Shown one piece after another: positions 9,209 to 17,876 of a stretch of DNA of 64,000 bases. This DNA is from Clostridia bacterium. Lineage in GTDB: Bacteria; Bacillota; Clostridia; Oscillospirales; CAG-272. The position numbers and the translations under genes were made by a program. Position 1 is the first letter of the stretch. The number at the start of each line of letters is the position of its first letter. Location: positions 73,310 through 137,309 of the forward strand of contig JAFULR010000016.1 in the NCBI GenBank assembly GCA_017483195.1, in the 5' to 3' direction. The notes under the pieces were generated by a model that saw nothing but the letters and a program-made list of their open reading frames with translations, was not told where the DNA came from and did not search any database.

Positions 9209-9841
9209 ATGAGCAATTTACACGTTATGGATCATCCCCTTATCGCACACAAGCTTTCTATTATGAGGGACAAGGATACGGGTTCAAAGGATTTTCGTCA
9301 GCTTCTTAATGAGATCGCTATGCTTATGGGTTATGAGCTTACTCGCGACCTTCCTCTTGAGGACGTAGTTATCGAAACTCCCATCTGCAAGTCCACTCAG
9401 AAAATGATTCAGGGTAAAAAGCTTGCTATTGTTCCCATTCTCCGCGCAGGTCTCGGTATGGTTGACGGTCTTCTTTCCCTTATGCCCGTTGCAAAGGTGG
9501 GGCATATCGGTATGTACCGCGATCCCGAAACTCACAAGCCCGTTGAATATTACAGCAAAATGCCCGCGGATATTGAGGAGAGAATCGTTATCCTCGTCGA
9601 TCCCATGCTCGCAACGGGCGGATCCGCTTCGGATGCTCTTACGATGCTTAAGGAGAAGTACCATTGCAAAAATATCAGATTTATGTGCCTTGTAGCTTGC
9701 CCCGAGGGTGTTGCCAAGGTTCAGGCAGACCATCCCGACGTTGATATTTACACGGCGGCTATGGATGAAAGGCTTAACGAGCACGCATATATCGTTCCCG
9801 GTCTTGGTGACGCAGGCGACAGAATTTTCGGTACACTTTAA
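9209..9841 (+). CDS. upp: uracil phosphoribosyltransferase
   Basis: PRPP loop [13 protein letters not shown] and C-terminal [15 protein letters not shown] 9209 gives the typical ~210 aa; the track ORF begins at 9179. Confidence 0.92.
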   Translation: MSNLHVMDHPLIAHKLSIMRDKDTGSKDFRQLLNEIAMLMGYELTRDLPLEDVVIETPICKSTQKMIQGKKLAIVPILRAGLGMVDGLLSLMPVAKVGHIGMYRDPETHKPVEYYSKMPADIEERIVILVDPMLATGGSASDALTMLKEKYHCKNIRFMCLVACPEGVAKVQADHPDVDIYTAAMDERLNEHAYIVPGLGDAGDRIFGTL

Positions 9842-9856
9842 TTTCGTTTGTAATTC

Positions 9857-9890
9857 AAGGAGAGGGAGGCTTCCTTCTCCTTGCTTTTTT
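9857..9890 (+). terminator. intrinsic terminator of upp
   Basis: CAAGGAGAGGGA-GG-CTTCCTTCTCCTTG-type stem with one wobble pair, followed by CTTTTTT. Confidence 0.7.
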
Positions 9891-9892
9891 GT

Positions 9893-10424
9893 AAATTAAG
9901 TTAGTTTACTTTGAACCGCTCACGCCGCTTGGGCGCCCGCTTTTGAAAAAGCGGGGCAAAACGATCGCTTGGTTTGAGCGCGACTTGGGTACCGCGCGAC
10001 GCCGTAAGGTGTCATCCTCGAGGGAGCAACGCGACCGAAGGATCTTGCGCGGAGTACAGACTAAATCCGCGTAAATTTTCGATAAAACACCGGTGTTTTA
10101 TCGGTTTTGAAGCTCCGATATCGTCCTTACACGCGAGCGTGATGGCTGATACCGTATCTTCAAAACTACGAAAAATCAAATTGGAAATTTGATTTTTCTA
10201 AAATTTGTTTACTATTATTGCAGACGTAAAGAAAGTGCTAATATACCGTCTATTGAGATCGTAGCAAATTACAGATTTTGCTTGCAAAATCGTTATGTGT
10301 TGCTCAGCAACACAATTTGCGCGGATTTAGTCGGGTTAGTACTAACTAAACGGCTTTTGGGCAAAGCGCTTTTAAGCTTTTTGGTTCTTTTTCTCGAAAA
10401 AGAACAATCCTTATCTATCTAACT
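9893..10424 (+). repeat. mosaic intergenic repeat (copy A, expanded, termini truncated)
   Basis: Shares the module CAATTTGCGCG...CTAAACGGCT...GGGCAAAGC...TTTTAAGCTTTTT (10313-10381) with copies B and C. Inverted repeat 10049-10078 / 10313-10345. Perfect palindromes at 10079-10103 and 10171-10197. Confidence 0.7.
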
Positions 10425-10445
10425 CTAAAAAAGCTTGGAGAAAAA

Positions 10446-11417
10446 ATGAAAGAATTTACAATAAAGAAAAACGACGCGGGGCAGAGGCTTGACAAATTTC
10501 TTACAAAGGCTGTCAAGGGCTTACCCATGTCACTTATGTACAAATACATCAGAACTAAAAAAATAAAGGTCAATCGCGCGAGGACCGAGCAAAAATACGT
10601 GCTACAGGAGGGCGATATAGTTCAGCTCTTCATCAAGGACGAATTCTTCGATTCACCCGAGAGGGACGACAGCGCGCTTGCATCCATCAAGCCCAAGCTG
10701 ACGGTCGTTTACGAGGATGAAAATATCATTCTTGTAAACAAACGCCCCGGAGTGCTTGTCCACGAGGATGACGAGGCACGCGATAATACCCTCATTATGC
10801 ACATTAAGGCATACCTCTATCAAAAGGGAGAGTACGATCCCGAAAATGAACAGAGCTTTGCTCCCGCTCTTTGCAACCGCATCGACAGAAACACGGGTGG
10901 CATAGTAATCGGTGCAAAGAACGCAGAGGCTCTGCGCGTGATGAACGAAAAGATAAAGAATGACGAGATATCAAAATTCTATTACTGCGCAGTTCACGGA
11001 AAAATGCCGAAAAAGGCAGATACGCTGACAGGATTTTTGCTAAAGGATAGCGATAAGAATCAGGTTAAGATATTTGATAAGCAGGTTAAGGGCTCCAAGA
11101 ATATCATCACAAAATACAAGGTGGTATCCGAGAAAAACGGCAATTCCTTGCTTGAAATTGAGCTTGTAACGGGAAGAACGCATCAGATACGCGCGCATCT
11201 TTCCTATATCGGTCATCCCTTGCTTGGCGACGGTAAATACGGTGTCAATAAGGATGACAGAGCCAAGGGCTATAAATATCAGGCACTTTACGCCTATCGT
11301 TTGCGCTTTGATTTTAACGATGATAGCGGCGCGCTCGGATACCTTCGCGGAAAAGAGGTAAAGCTCAGACGCGACGACGTCTGGTTCTTAAAAGATTTTA
11401 TATATCAGGAGAAATAA
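10446..11417 (+). CDS. RluA-family 23S rRNA pseudouridine synthase with S4 domain
   Basis: 323 aa. N-terminal S4-like region, catalytic NRIDRNTGG motif and HQIRAH motif. Confidence 0.85.
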   Translation: MKEFTIKKNDAGQRLDKFLTKAVKGLPMSLMYKYIRTKKIKVNRARTEQKYVLQEGDIVQLFIKDEFFDSPERDDSALASIKPKLTVVYEDENIILVNKRPGVLVHEDDEARDNTLIMHIKAYLYQKGEYDPENEQSFAPALCNRIDRNTGGIVIGAKNAEALRVMNEKIKNDEISKFYYCAVHGKMPKKADTLTGFLLKDSDKNQVKIFDKQVKGSKNIITKYKVVSEKNGNSLLEIELVTGRTHQIRAHLSYIGHPLLGDGKYGVNKDDRAKGYKYQALYAYRLRFDFNDDSGALGYLRGKEVKLRRDDVWFLKDFIYQEK

Positions 11418-13051
11418 TGATTGATTTTGTTGATAAAATACCGAAAAGGCTTTTGATAGCCGTGAGCGGACTGCTTTTGGGACTTACCGTGATATACGCA
11501 AGGCTCGGAATACTTGCCTATATCGCTCTGATACCCTTGGGCATTGCGCTTTTTGGAAAACTGAATAGCGGCGAATACAAAAAGAGGGCGGCTTACCTTG
11601 ACGGCTTTATCTTCTATATGGGTTTTGACCTTGTATGCTTTCATTGGTTCATCTATTTCTATCCGCTTGAGTTTGCCGGATTTAACTATGCGGAGTCCGT
11701 TTTGATCATCGCACTTGCGTGGGTTGGACTCTCCTTGCTTCAAAGTGTGTTTTCCGCACTTGTTTTCGTGTTTATATCAGTACTTTCAAGGACTGTAATT
11801 TATAAAAGATCCCCCGTGCTTATGCCGTTTTTTGTGGCGGCGCTTTTCACGGCAAACGAATGGACGCAGACCTTTACGTGGGCGGGCGTTCCGTGGGGAA
11901 GAATAGCCATATCGCAAACCGAGATGCCGATACTTATGCAGAGCGCGTCTCTTTTCGGAAGCTATTTTTTGACATTTATTGTTGTTTTGATCAATATGCT
12001 ATTGGCTTATGCCATTGTTAACATTGAAAAACGCAGGTTTCTTGCTCTTTCCGCTCTTGGAATCTTTGCGGCAAACGCGCTCTTTGGCACGGTCGCTTAT
12101 TTCGTTCCTGCATCTGACGAGGAAAGATCCATTACCGTGGCGGCTGTTCAGGGAAATTTTCCATCGCAGACAAATTACGGAGCAACTGCTGTTGAGGTCT
12201 ACAAGACCTATGAAAAACTCACAATAGAAGCGGCTGAAGCGGGAGCGGATGTGATCATCTGGCCCGAGGGAACCTTTTCCATTGAGCCCGATCGCTATTT
12301 TATTTACGACGGTAAGCTGCTCACGCTTGGGGAAAGAGTATCCTCTCTTGCTGGGGAGAGCGGAGCTACCGTGATTATTGGAAGCTATACGATAAATTCA
12401 GAAAATCAGCTTCTCAATTCAATGTCGGTATATTATGAAAACGGAGAAAGGATCGAAGGAGCTTATTCCAAGATGAAGCGAGTGCCCTTTGGCGAGTACG
12501 TGCCTATGAGGGACCTTATTACGACGCTGCTTCCCATCCTTGGCGAGATAAACGTTCTCGGCACCGACGTATATCGAGGAGACGGATATAAGACCTACCC
12601 TGCATTTGCAGAGGAGGGCTCTGCGCAGATAGGTACTCTTATCTGCTTTGATTCCATATACGAGGAAACGGCTCTTTCAATGGCGAGAGAGGGAGCGGAG
12701 ATGCTTATCGTTCCTTCGAATGACTCGTGGTTTTACGATTCGCGCGCACTTAATATGCATCATTCTCAAAACATTCTGCGCGCGGTTGAAACCGGCAAAT
12801 ATACCGTGAACTGCGGAAATACGGGAATGACCTCCATCGTTAGCGACAAGGGTGAGGTGCTTGTGCAGATCCCCATATTTGAGGATGGATACGCTATTGG
12901 AACGGTTAGCCCTTCAAGTGTCAGAACACTATATTCGTACATAGGAAACCTTTTTGTTTATCTCTGTGTTGCGTTTGTGATTGCTTCTATTATCATTGAA
13001 GGTGTAATCAGATTAAAAAATAAGAAAAACTATAAAAAGCCTCTCTTGTAA
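11417..13051 (+). CDS. lnt: apolipoprotein N-acyltransferase
   Basis: 544 aa. N-terminal multi-TM region plus a CN-hydrolase domain with the E-K-C triad context (IIWPEG, SKMKRVPFGEYVP, LICFDS). Its ATG overlaps the upstream stop by 1 nt. Confidence 0.8.
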   Translation: MIDFVDKIPKRLLIAVSGLLLGLTVIYARLGILAYIALIPLGIALFGKLNSGEYKKRAAYLDGFIFYMGFDLVCFHWFIYFYPLEFAGFNYAESVLIIALAWVGLSLLQSVFSALVFVFISVLSRTVIYKRSPVLMPFFVAALFTANEWTQTFTWAGVPWGRIAISQTEMPILMQSASLFGSYFLTFIVVLINMLLAYAIVNIEKRRFLALSALGIFAANALFGTVAYFVPASDEERSITVAAVQGNFPSQTNYGATAVEVYKTYEKLTIEAAEAGADVIIWPEGTFSIEPDRYFIYDGKLLTLGERVSSLAGESGATVIIGSYTINSENQLLNSMSVYYENGERIEGAYSKMKRVPFGEYVPMRDLITTLLPILGEINVLGTDVYRGDGYKTYPAFAEEGSAQIGTLICFDSIYEETALSMAREGAEMLIVPSNDSWFYDSRALNMHHSQNILRAVETGKYTVNCGNTGMTSIVSDKGEVLVQIPIFEDGYAIGTVSPSSVRTLYSYIGNLFVYLCVAFVIASIIIEGVIRLKNKKNYKKPLL

Positions 13052-13066
13052 AGGGAGGCTTTTTTG
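13038..13066 (+). terminator. intrinsic terminator of lnt
   Basis: AGCCTCTC / GGGAGGCT stem enclosing the stop codon, then TTTTT. Confidence 0.65.
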
Positions 13067-13071
13067 CGCGT

Positions 13072-13495
13072 TAATTGGGGTTTAGCGGGGAGTTAGTTTA
13101 GTTGGGATTTAGGGGGCATTTTTGAAAAAATTGCCCCCTATAACCCCTAAAAAACTTTAAATCGTTTTGCAAACAAACTTCGCGCAAATTGTGTTGTTTC
13201 ACAACACACAACGATTTTCTCCCTTGTCGAAAATCTGTAATTTGCTTGTGTAAAGAGTAGCCATTAGCTTATGCAAACCGGCTTCGTGCCGTGTAGCAAA
13301 TTACAATTTTTCGAGGTGACGAGAAAAATTTTCAGTACCAATTTATTGGTACAATTTGCGCGAAATCCGTGGACTCAGCACAGACTAAACGGCTACTGGG
13401 CAAAGCTATTTTAAGCTTTTTTGGTTACTTTTTTCTCGAAAAAAGTAACACCCTTTCTTAACACAAACTATCTCCCCGATAAATCAAAATTTGAA
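13072..13495 (+). repeat. mosaic dyad-symmetric intergenic repeat (copy B, full length 424 bp)
   Basis: Left end is TAATTGGGGTTTAGCGGGGAG and right end is CTCCCCGATAAATCAAAATTTGAA. The left half aligns with the reverse complement of the right half. Central inverted repeat CGCGCAAATTG (13181-13191) / CAATTTGCGCG (13352-13362). Confidence 0.8.
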
Positions 13496-14464
13496 CGTGA
13501 AAATCGCAAATGCGAGGGCGGCACAAAGCAGTCCTTGCATCAATTTTATAAAGAAAAACCTTTTGAACGAGAGCCCATATCCGTCGCACATCGCGATGAT
13601 CTGAAAATGTATCGAAAGCCCCGACCATCCAAGAAAAAAAGCGCAAACGGCGCATTTAAAAGCATATGGCGTAAGGTCTGAGAGTGATAGCACACCGCCC
13701 GTTATCTCAACTGTGCTGAGCAGGAGCTTTTGTATAATATCGGGCAAACCGAGTGAGCAAAGAGGTTGACGGATGGCTTCGGTAAGCGAGGAGAAAAATA
13801 TTACACAAGCGCATATGAGTATCATCGAAGCGGACGAGTGAGATATCGCCTCGACGATGATTTTTGGGAAGGGCTTTTTCGGAGAATTTTCTTCGTTAAT
13901 TCCGTTTAGTACAAACTCAAGATTCGCACATTTATTTTTTGATTTTACAAAAAATCCGATAATGAAGGATGATAATATTGATATAATCCACAAAATCCAA
14001 CCGTCGGTTGTGCTTTTTAATACGGATGAACCTAAAAATCCCGTGATGAACGGCAGGGAAGGAATGGAAAAGGAGGTAATGATCCATTCGCAGTCTTTAT
14101 TTGTTATTCTTTTCTTCTTCAAAAGTGACAGCGCACCGCTTATCGCAGCGGTATAACCGCAAAAAAGTCCCAATATCAAAGGAGCAGAGGCTTCTTTTTT
14201 TATTCCAAATATTTTGGATATGATTTTAGCGATCGGCCGTAGCAGCTTTTCCGCCGCTCCGCTAACGATCGCTATCTCGGATGCCGCCATAAGCGGAAAA
14301 AGGGACGGAATGAGAAGAGCTCCGCATTTTCCGACAGCACTTGCCGCTGCCCCGGCGGTAATTTCCGGATCATTCAAAAAAAGAGCGAGAAGGATAAGAG
14401 AAAAAACACATACGGCAAACGTTGTTATTCGCTTTTTGAAGCTTTTTGATGCGGATGGATTCAT
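13484..14464 (-). CDS. ylbJ: YlbJ-like sporulation integral membrane protein
   Basis: Multi-pass membrane protein resembling YlbJ. ATG 14464 is preceded by GAAGAGGGG; the track ORF runs to 14596. The last 4 codons (including the stop) lie inside repeat copy B. Confidence 0.55.
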   Translation of the reverse strand: MNPSASKSFKKRITTFAVCVFSLILLALFLNDPEITAGAAASAVGKCGALLIPSLFPLMAASEIAIVSGAAEKLLRPIAKIISKIFGIKKEASAPLILGLFCGYTAAISGALSLLKKKRITNKDCEWIITSFSIPSLPFITGFLGSSVLKSTTDGWILWIISILSSFIIGFFVKSKNKCANLEFVLNGINEENSPKKPFPKIIVEAISHSSASMILICACVIFFSSLTEAIRQPLCSLGLPDIIQKLLLSTVEITGGVLSLSDLTPYAFKCAVCAFFLGWSGLSIHFQIIAMCDGYGLSFKRFFFIKLMQGLLCAALAFAIFTFKF

Positions 14465-14513
14465 TTTGCGTAGCCCCTCTTCATAGATTGTACTAAAATT
14501 ATATAAAAAGGGG

Positions 14514-14810
14514 ATGGAAAATATGAAAGACAGAAAAAAAGTGTCTGCTCTTCCCAAGCTCAGGCAAATATTTGATCTTGACGGATTATTTCCCACAGCG
14601 GATATGCTTGAGCTAAGGGATACCTGCGAGCTTGATGCTCACGGGTGCGAGGGAATACTTCTTTACAGTGACACAATGATCAGGCTTTCAATGAAAAAAT
14701 ACGTTCTGAATATAATCGGCAAAGGGCTTTTTTGCTCCTCGTATCTTCCTTATACGATAAGGGTTCGCGGCGATATATCATCACTTGAGCTTGAGAGAAG
14801 GGGGGGATGA
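14514..14810 (+). CDS. yqfC: YabP/YqfC-family sporulation protein
   Basis: 98 aa, directly upstream of yqfD-phoH-ybeY-era-recO as in Bacillus subtilis. Confidence 0.65.
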   Translation: MENMKDRKKVSALPKLRQIFDLDGLFPTADMLELRDTCELDAHGCEGILLYSDTMIRLSMKKYVLNIIGKGLFCSSYLPYTIRVRGDISSLELERRGG

Positions 14811-14814
14811 GGTA

Positions 14815-16014
14815 ATGAAGAGCGGAGGTGCATCCGTATTTATATGGCTGCTTGGCAGCTTTGAAGCCCGTATTCCGCGCGTTTTTTGCGAGGATTTTTT
14901 AAATCTCTGCATGCGTTATGGGTTTGTATATTACTCATTGAGCTTTGATGAGGACGGCAAATACGTGCGTGTTACTATGGCGGAAAGTGAAAGAAAAAAG
15001 GTTTTAACTGCTTGCAGGATGTGGCAGATCAGAATAAACGTAGTTTCGAGGAGGGGACTTTTGCCTAAAATGTCCGATATTGGCGGCAGATGGGGATTGC
15101 TTGTTGGCGCACTTCTTTCGATATGCTTATACTTTTTGGCGCAGAGCGTGATATGGAGAGTGGATATCGTTGGAAATGAAAGGCTTTCCGACGAATTTAT
15201 TCAAGAAATACTGGCGGATCAGGGGCTTTGCGTGGGGGAGAAAATAAAAAGCATAAACGCAGACCTTATAGAGCAAAAGATATTGATAAACAACAGCGAT
15301 ATTTCGTGGATCTCAATAGGCGTTGTGGGAACGGTGGCGCGAGTGGAGATACGCGAGAGCATTGATACGGATATATCTCAAAAGGAAACGAAGCCTGCAA
15401 ATCTCGTTTCACGCTTTGACGCGCAGATAGTGGGAATGGAGGTATATTCGGGATTTTTGGCGGTAGAGGAAGGAGATTTTGTTCGTGCCGGAGAGCTTCT
15501 TGTTAGTGGGATTTACAAAACTGAGAAGGCTCCACTCAGGTTTACGCGCGCATCGGGGCGGATTCTTGGCAGGGTGGAGCATACCTTTGAGGTGGAAATT
15601 CCGCTTATTCAGGCGCAAAAAGTGCCAACGGGTGACAAAATCGAGAAAAAAACACTGATTTTTTTCGGAAAATCGATAAAACTTTTCACAAACTATAGAA
15701 ATTTGCCTTCAAGTTGTGATATAATAAATTATCTATATACATTAAACCCATTTTCGCTTGGCGAGCTGCCGATTGCTATCTCGGTAGATGAGTATCATCC
15801 ATATGAGATCACGGATGTTACAATAAGTGAGGAAGAGGCAATAGGTCAGGCATATGAGCGATTGCGATCCCTTATCGATGAGCAATTGCCCGAGGCGCAG
15901 ATACTGAGCAAAACGCTGTACGGAGAATTTGCGGACGGAAAATATGTTCTTAAATGCGAGGTTACGGCAATTTGCAATATTGCAAAGCAGGTGGAATTTG
16001 AGGTTTTGAATTAG
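14815..16014 (+). CDS. yqfD: sporulation protein YqfD
   Basis: ~400 aa with a central TM segment, in conserved synteny. ATG 14815 follows GGGGGATGAGG; the track ORF starts at 14785. Confidence 0.75.
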   Translation: MKSGGASVFIWLLGSFEARIPRVFCEDFLNLCMRYGFVYYSLSFDEDGKYVRVTMAESERKKVLTACRMWQIRINVVSRRGLLPKMSDIGGRWGLLVGALLSICLYFLAQSVIWRVDIVGNERLSDEFIQEILADQGLCVGEKIKSINADLIEQKILINNSDISWISIGVVGTVARVEIRESIDTDISQKETKPANLVSRFDAQIVGMEVYSGFLAVEEGDFVRAGELLVSGIYKTEKAPLRFTRASGRILGRVEHTFEVEIPLIQAQKVPTGDKIEKKTLIFFGKSIKLFTNYRNLPSSCDIINYLYTLNPFSLGELPIAISVDEYHPYEITDVTISEEEAIGQAYERLRSLIDEQLPEAQILSKTLYGEFADGKYVLKCEVTAICNIAKQVEFEVLN

Positions 16015-16044
16015 CCTTTTGAAATTTCGAACTAAGAGGTAAAA

Positions 16045-17067
16045 ATGAGTCAGGTAGTAATTAACGTTGAAAGTAATGAAATAACAAGCAGGGTGTTCGG
16101 TTGCTTTGATGCGAATATCAAAGCAGTTGAGCGCGCCTTTGACGTGCGCATATCCAACCGCCGCGCGACCGAGGGGGATGCAATCGTAATCGACGGGCAC
16201 GAGGGAAGCGTTGCGCTTGCTTCTCGTGTGATAAATCATCTTGTTTCTCTTGCGCAGAACGGCGCGGAGATAACGGAGCAGGGAGTTGACTATGCCATTT
16301 CAATGGTAAGCGAGGGCAACGGTGAAACACTGAGTGCTTCGTTTGGGGACGACTGCATCTTCGTAACGAGCAAGGGAAAGCCAATCAAGGCAAAGACCGT
16401 CGGTCAGAAGCAATACGTTGACGCGATAAAGAAGAATACGATAGTTTTCGGTATCGGCCCTGCGGGTACGGGTAAGACGTACCTTGCCGTGGCAATGGCA
16501 GTTAAGGCTTTGCGCGATAAGCAGGTGAGCCGCATCATCCTCACGCGACCCGCAATAGAGGCGGGAGAAAAGCTCGGCTTTTTGCCGGGGGATCTGCAGA
16601 GCAAGATAGACCCCTATCTCCGCCCTCTGTACGATGCGCTCTACGATATGATGGGCGTTGAGAATTACCAGAGCAAGATGGAAAAGCAGATAATCGAGAT
16701 AGCTCCGCTCGCGTATATGCGCGGACGAACACTTGACGATAGCTTTATAATTTTAGATGAAGCGCAGAACGCGACTCCCGAGCAGATGAAGATGTTCTTG
16801 ACGCGTCTCGGATTTAATTCCAAGGCGGTGATAACGGGCGACCTAACGCAGACAGATCTGCCATACGGTCAAAAGAGCGGTCTTGCAATAGCCACTCATA
16901 TTTTGCAAGATATTGAGGACATTCATATCCACCGGTTCACTGACAAGGACGTTGTACGTCATAAGCTCGTGCAGAAGATAATCCTTGCATACGATAAATT
17001 TGAGAAAAAAGCGCAGGAAAATGCAGAAAAAAGAAGAAACGAAGCAAAAACGTTTAAAAGGAAATGA
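16045..17067 (+). CDS. phoH: PhoH-family ATPase
   Basis: 340 aa. Walker A GPAGTGKT, ILDEAQN motif and the PhoH/YbeZ signature. Confidence 0.9.
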   Translation: MSQVVINVESNEITSRVFGCFDANIKAVERAFDVRISNRRATEGDAIVIDGHEGSVALASRVINHLVSLAQNGAEITEQGVDYAISMVSEGNGETLSASFGDDCIFVTSKGKPIKAKTVGQKQYVDAIKKNTIVFGIGPAGTGKTYLAVAMAVKALRDKQVSRIILTRPAIEAGEKLGFLPGDLQSKIDPYLRPLYDALYDMMGVENYQSKMEKQIIEIAPLAYMRGRTLDDSFIILDEAQNATPEQMKMFLTRLGFNSKAVITGDLTQTDLPYGQKSGLAIATHILQDIEDIHIHRFTDKDVVRHKLVQKIILAYDKFEKKAQENAEKRRNEAKTFKRK

Positions 17068-17075
17068 GGTAAATT

Positions 17076-17558
17076 ATGAGTCTTAAGATCTATTTTGAAA
17101 ACAATCAGGAAAAGCATTCCATACATTACAAATTGAAGATGCTCATTCGACATACGATACTTGAGACCCTTGATTACGAGGGTATGGAGAACGACGCGGA
17201 GGTAAGCGTTACCTTCGTTGACGATGAGGGCATACGCGAGCTTAATAAGAGATTCAGAAATATGGACAAGCCCACGGACGTGCTTTCGTTTCCCCTTCTT
17301 GACTATGAGGGTGAGAGCGAGGAGCCGTTCTTTGACGAGCTTTGCCACAATCTCGGTGATATAGTTATCTCACTTGAACGCGCTATGGCGCAGGCAAATG
17401 AGTTCGGACACTCGTTTGAGAGAGAGGTGGCATTCCTCACGGCACATTCAATGCTCCATCTTCTCGGTTACGACCACGAGCTTTCCGACGAGGACGATGC
17501 CGATATGAGAAAACGTCAGAACGATATTATGGAAAGACTCGGACTTTCGGTGAAATAG
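17076..17558 (+). CDS. ybeY: rRNA maturation endoribonuclease YbeY
   Basis: 160 aa with the zinc motif HSMLHLLGYDH. Confidence 0.92.
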   Translation: MSLKIYFENNQEKHSIHYKLKMLIRHTILETLDYEGMENDAEVSVTFVDDEGIRELNKRFRNMDKPTDVLSFPLLDYEGESEEPFFDELCHNLGDIVISLERAMAQANEFGHSFEREVAFLTAHSMLHLLGYDHELSDEDDADMRKRQNDIMERLGLSVK

Positions 17559-17569
17559 GAGAAAAGCGA

Positions 17570-17866
17570 ATGGCTAAATTTTTTAAAATTTTGGCGCTTA
17601 TTCTCGTTATTCTTTCATTGTTTACTCTGGCAAGCAGGGATTTCTTTCTCACTGTCGTTATTATTGTCGTTGCTTTGCTCGTATATCACGTTGGTGAGCT
17701 TATGGACAGAGTAGCATATCTTGAGGACAAGCTTAATATGCATTTGCCGATAGACAGTGAGGACGATCTGCCTCAGGTGAAGTGCAATAATTGCGGAAAA
17801 GAATACGATATGGATTATCATAGCTGCCCATATTGTGGGAAAAAGACAGAATTTGAACATAATTAA
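17570..17866 (+). CDS. small membrane protein with C-terminal zinc ribbon
   Basis: 98 aa. Two N-terminal TM helices and CNNCG...CPYCG. Sits between ybeY and era. Confidence 0.6.
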   Translation: MAKFFKILALILVILSLFTLASRDFFLTVVIIVVALLVYHVGELMDRVAYLEDKLNMHLPIDSEDDLPQVKCNNCGKEYDMDYHSCPYCGKKTEFEHN

Positions 17867-17876
17867 TAGGTGAAAA

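Noticed and set aside
9974-10422. Track ORFs of 72 and 77 aa inside repeat copy A, and analogous ORFs at 3314-3652 and 13421-13681
   Set aside because: They lie wholly in hairpin-rich repeat DNA and lack RBSs. Their peptide sequences (for example ...GRPLLKKRGKT...) simply mirror palindromic modules. They are likely the source of spurious hypothetical proteins in annotations.
13072-13495. Possible CRISPR array or tRNA/ncRNA gene in the repeat-rich spacers
   Set aside because: There is no regularly spaced direct repeat with unique spacers. The repeats are inverted and nested rather than tandem. I could not build a tRNA cloverleaf, RNase P, SRP, tmRNA or 6S-like core from these regions.
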